This document shows positions 15,401-17,262 of a stretch of DNA of 17,262 nucleotides, piece after piece. The stretch comes from Pseudomonadota bacterium. GTDB lineage: Bacteria > Bdellovibrionota > FAC87 > UBA2466. Made by a program: the position numbers and the translations under genes. How positions within the stretch are numbered: position 1 is the first letter of the stretch; the number at the start of each line of letters is the position of its first letter. The notes under the pieces are model-generated. The model saw only the letters and a list, made by a program, of their open reading frames with translations. It was not told the DNA's origin and ran no database searches. The stretch spans positions 1-17,262 of the forward strand of contig JAYUGC010000023.1 of NCBI GenBank assembly GCA_043767805.1, given 5' to 3'.

Positions 15401-17262
15401 AGTGCTCGACTGGACTACGGGTCTCGAAGTTGCGCATCAAGGCTTCAATGTATATCGCAGCACGGATCCAGAAGCGGGTTTCGTGCAGATTAATCCTTTC
15501 CTGATTCGCAATCCAGTCGCGACGGGATCGATTCACGGCCGATATCAATTCTATGATGGCAGCGTAGCCAACGGAAAAACCTACTACTACAAGCTCGAGG
15601 ATATCGCCTCGAACGGCCATCGTACGCTTCACGGTCCGCTCGAGGCGACTCCGGATGCGTCGCTAGGCGCAGCCCCGGCCTCGGCCTCCGACGCGATCGT
15701 CGCGGGCGATACGTTACCAGCCCCGGTACCGACGGCGCCGGATCCGGACACTCTCGCGGGCGCCGGTCAAGTCATCGCCCCCGGGATCACGATTTTAGCG
15801 AAGACCAATCACTCCCTGCGGTTAAAAATCGACGTGCCCGCTTCCATCAGAGGCGCGTCGGATTTGAGCCCGTACGAAGCCGTCACCATTCCTGGTTATT
15901 CCTCCTCCACCGAAGCCAATCGTCCGGAGCTTCCGGAACGCACCGTTTTGGTGGAAGTCTCCGAGGCGCTCACCGCCACTTTCCGTGAAGTGAGCCGAAG
16001 CGCCTCCATGATTACCCGCATCGATGTAGTGCCGGCGAAAGCCTGGACCGTGGTTGGCGGGAACCTAGTCCCCTCCCCCCCGGTGGTGGACGCCGCGTTC
16101 TACGCCCTGGATCAAAGACTCCCGTCGGCGGCGATTGAACTGGGCGCCATCGTTCAGAATCAGGGATTGAGTTATCTGCCCGTGAAAATCCGGCCTCTCG
16201 CCTACAACCCGATGCAGAGAGACATCAACGCGCTTTCTCAAATCGTCGTCGACATCTCGCTCTCCGGCGTACCGGACTGGAACACGGGAGCTCCCGTGGT
16301 GGAGAGCGGCGCCTGGGGTTATGAGGGCGCTCTTAGAGTTCACATCAAGAAGGCCGGTCTCTATCAGATTCGTTACGAGGACCTAGTTTCGCTGGGACTC
16401 GAAGGCCCGTTCGACGAAGCGAACATGGCCAAGCTCCGGCTCTTCAACGTTTCCGGAGAGCTTCCGCTCGAAGTCACCACCACTACCGGCTTCTTCTCGA
16501 CGGGCGATTTCATTCGGTTCTTCGCGCCCTATGTCGAGAGCCCCAGCTCCGACCGCAATACTTTGGTTCTGATCGCCGATTCCGTCGCAGGGCTCCGTAT
16601 GAGGTCCGTTTCGGGCGCGGTCACCGGATACGCCAGCACGCAAGCGAGCTTCGAGCGACGCATTCAGGTCAAAACCCCGACGTACGGCCTGTTCCAAGAG
16701 GCTTATGGAGAAGGTCTCGATCACATTTTCTGGGGCGGCATCTATTCTCCGCCGCAAAATCCGGGCGAAGACCGTATCGATGCGTCGATGAGGCTTCCGA
16801 ACCTCGCCAGCACGGGTACGGCGCGCCTGAAGATTTACGCCAAGGGCAGCCCGGGTGGACATCTTCAGAATCCGAACCATCACGTGCGCATTTTCGTGAA
16901 TGGTTCCGCCGCGCCTCAGGGCGACGTCACCTTCCAGAGCAACGAAGCTCAGGTTCTGATCTTCAACGTCCCGGCCTCGGGACTCGTGGGCGGCTTGAAT
17001 CACGTTGAAATCGTGGCCGTGGGCGACCTGACCCCGGGAGACTACGACTTCATCAATATCGAGAAAATCGTGGTCGATTACCCTCACGAGTGGATCGCGG
17101 AAGCTGGGTACGCCGACCTCTTGAATTATCAGACGGGTTCCACGCTCACAGTAAAGGGTTTCGGCAGCGAGCCCATCGCCGTCTATGACGTGACCAATAC
17201 TGCCCACACGGCGGTTCTGACGGGCGTGAATGCCGTCGATGCCGGCGCGGACGGGCACGAAG
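9405..17262 (+). CDS. Giant secreted multidomain protein with C25 (gingipain/PorU-like) peptidase architecture, at least 2619 aa, 3' truncated
   Basis: Missing from the ORF track, consistent with no in-frame stop in the window. GAGG RBS, ATG 9405, Sec signal (…SAQTAFA-A). Thr/Gly/Ala/Asn-rich beta modules, then an FN3-like domain AVTLTQF...LDWTTGLE...GFNVYRS...YYYKLED..NG..T.HGP (~15354-15653). C25-propeptide-like RPELPERTVLVEV...FYA...PLAYNP (~15780-16265). PorU-like LRVHIKKAGLYQIRYEDL...LRLF...GDFIRFFA (from ~16326). The catalytic His/Cys region is not in the window. Confidence 0.85.
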   Translation, partial: MNFVRQTFSRAPLFLIAAILFSAQTAFAACTTGTNACCLAGGGTGDSSATRRTWQPTSGTVTWIDTANWATANIPDTSVEEAYIQSDWQIPAWPNTSYSLACVQVPSGAFTATPAAVSVTMANTSAAVTMSAPTATVTMAAPTATITGNTPSLNVTFQAGSAITFTIPSATITMTSANPGVVTWTAHGMVSADTPVQFTTTGALPTAIAQNTTYYVRNIAVNTFRLASTPAGAAMSTLAGTQSGIHTGRQALQINWTGHGLAASDPVVFTNTGGALPTGLTAGTTYYVASLPALTANTFSVSATAGGVAIVSTSTGSGTQKGFKREVVTWTSHGLAANDPVVFTNSGGALPTGITAGTTYYVAATPAPTVNTFAISATAGGTAIFATSDGTGTHTGSKTLIWTWTAHGLLAGAPVSFTNSGGALPAPLVSGTTYYVAASPAPAANTFSVATTVNGTAIMGTSAGTGTHTGRKPSLVTWTAHGLSAGFTVSFTNSGGALPTPFVASTVYYVAAVPAPTANTFYVTATAGGEAIINTVAGSGTHTGNKTTTITWTAHGLAAGTPVKFTNSGGALPSPLVAGTIYYIASTPAPAANTFSVAATAGGDAIINTSAGSGTHTGYKPTTVTWTAHGLTAGAPVRFAGTMPTGLTAATIYYVAALPAPAANTFSIAATNGGVALFSTGTGATITNDAFFLSVASEYFENLNAGSLTTNANFFIRMNGAYAQKFNNVDPINNLIISNGTTVTMPSNFTISSSMVIDSGAGTTLIDGGLTLSYTGTALTIPASATVEVGSGATFTAMGGIIVNGVLKIDAGARVLIGNGKTLQVNAGGLLQMIGTSGNVATLDAAQGGSTYALNVAGSINANYFSISRTTASGLNITTGGSDSIQTLSNGDFHYPATGGAAITLNTAKNLPSPDPSGLGFFDEFAYGNTKNIDATSYTGTAVTINSYSGLGGVANEVDPGSKIAWGTTAALALQVTNRTASGAPASTIAKGAAATLFATYGFALNGTGTSTDLTSLTLTLDGVNVASDVNYIQVFNDTSANCAYNSGVDTQIGSNLTMTGSPPTATLTIPASTLSLSNTTQKCLHVLLSTNSNARTGDTLQMTISGTADVSNSQAYSFSNSGGPPISGTVSTITGTAVKKWNGGNGAIGASQNWNANGGDWTPTTAPVSTDDCQIGPAHSYPAVNGNYTCTNVTLPTNGRMNWASTANTLTVLGALSIGSTYTFLNATTGNITMGATTAWQAIDAATAIPGNLIINNTYNTDGLVAINTDLTVNGNLTLTRGILTVTTGHTLTVLGTITVNGGTLDIDPGGTLNLGDGRTMTINTGGTLNIVGDATQSARFTCNGTATGCAISVAGTGTIAARYYSMSRMAVAGLTIASTASIDATNHLQDGSFTYPIGASPILLTLNRQVPTNALANMTFDTASSAATSPKSILTSTSAGTLTISAYSGDLTNCCTTAPTYLVSWTAPTTTLKLTLEASAPGAVNQGATGVTLARFGLQQTQAGAYSDTDVTSMKVTMQGSQNSGDISAVRLYYDSACSGSGGVQVGSTLTFSGSPPTANFTSLTSATVQYSLTSPPKRCFYVQADVASAATVANTIGVSIQSNADVVNSIGYSFNGSYAPPLAAGTSVISGNSITWTGATNTDWNTTSNWNLARVPLTTDNCIINSVTNNPVISAATANCKSLTIGNGTLTINTGQTVEVYGSFTNTGTLTLTGTASVTIRDNGSTTTNQTLQSSSPLTKVVFNKTAGGYVYIGNQTLTIDPLTIPASQNFTFDVRNGNTLTLPSGATVTSATFQADDAALVKIGNAQTFLVNGGTLYSNGVNDGYPQLTTNKSKFTVNGSGTWSLTATSGTINMTGFLLDYLDTNGFQINGTTGVTNFNGGQFTNLSNTYASVKALQVNTSGSFPASGAFDYIGFNWGANNTPPGPAAAYLLASSTGCSSRTLNLTNWFGDFFYAVDMPVPSTKISNTSCNITMTAAASAVTLTQFKVTPYNAKVVLDWTTGLEVAHQGFNVYRSTDPEAGFVQINPFLIRNPVATGSIHGRYQFYDGSVANGKTYYYKLEDIASNGHRTLHGPLEATPDASLGAAPASASDAIVAGDTLPAPVPTAPDPDTLAGAGQVIAPGITILAKTNHSLRLKIDVPASIRGASDLSPYEAVTIPGYSSSTEANRPELPERTVLVEVSEALTATFREVSRSASMITRIDVVPAKAWTVVGGNLVPSPPVVDAAFYALDQRLPSAAIELGAIVQNQGLSYLPVKIRPLAYNPMQRDINALSQIVVDISLSGVPDWNTGAPVVESGAWGYEGALRVHIKKAGLYQIRYEDLVSLGLEGPFDEANMAKLRLFNVSGELPLEVTTTTGFFSTGDFIRFFAPYVESPSSDRNTLVLIADSVAGLRMRSVSGAVTGYASTQASFERRIQVKTPTYGLFQEAYGEGLDHIFWGGIYSPPQNPGEDRIDASMRLPNLASTGTARLKIYAKGSPGGHLQNPNHHVRIFVNGSAAPQGDVTFQSNEAQVLIFNVPASGLVGGLNHVEIVAVGDLTPGDYDFINIEKIVVDYPHEWIAEAGYADLLNYQTGSTLTVKGFGSEPIAVYDVTNTAHTAVLTGVNAVDAGADGHE
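9744..9932 (+). repeat. Seven short (~9-aa, 27-nt) beta-strand-like repeats
   Basis: PAAVSVTMA / NTSAAVTMS / APTATVTMA / APTATITGN / TPSLNVTFQ / AGSAITFT / IPSATITMT, directly preceding the seven 74-aa repeats. Confidence 0.75.
9945..11470 (+). repeat. Seven tandem ~74-aa (222-nt) coding repeats, FCCH-like / phage-virion-type small beta domains
   Basis: W-T-x-H-G codons start at 9954, 10170, 10392, 10614, 10836, 11058 and 11280 (spacing 216, then 222 five times). Consensus VTWTAHGLxAGxPVxFTNSGGALPxxLxAGTxYYVAxxPAPxANTFSVxATAGGxAIxxTxxGSGTHTG, diverged at synonymous sites. Confidence 0.93.

Noticed and set aside
9350..17258. The many short ORFs listed on both strands in this region (e.g. 16383..17258 -, 13419..14045 -)
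   Set aside because: They are shadow ORFs of the single giant plus-strand ORF in a GC-rich sequence and carry no recognisable motifs.

Overview
GC-rich bacterial window; the gene content suggests a Bdellovibrionota/delta-proteobacteria-like organism (inference only). Left end (minus strand): a translationally coupled operon of a delta-60-type beta-propeller, a secreted CxxCH DUF1585/PSD-like protein and a truncated lipoprotein. A DUF1624-like membrane acyltransferase and a divergent PAP2 phosphatase follow. Centre: a divergently arranged RiPP-like cassette. The minus arm encodes an HPr-kinase-like (ScmC-like) P-loop kinase, a 56-aa precursor peptide missing from the ORF track (KPYRKP leader, two Cys-Asn motifs, C-terminal Ser), a soluble S24/S26 peptidase and an NTP_transf_5-like nucleotidyltransferase. 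The plus arm encodes a stand-alone PqqD/RRE and a radical SAM/SPASM enzyme. Right half: one uninterrupted ORF of at least 2619 aa, also missing from the ORF track (9405 to beyond the window end). It encodes a secreted giant protein with three beta-helix-like modules, two Ig-like spacers, an FN3-like domain, a C25 propeptide and a PorU/gingipain-type N-terminal region. Its first module carries seven ~74-aa repeats preceded by seven ~9-aa strands, which suggests a nested (Russian-doll) domain insertion. All family assignments come from motif recognition by eye, not from database searches.
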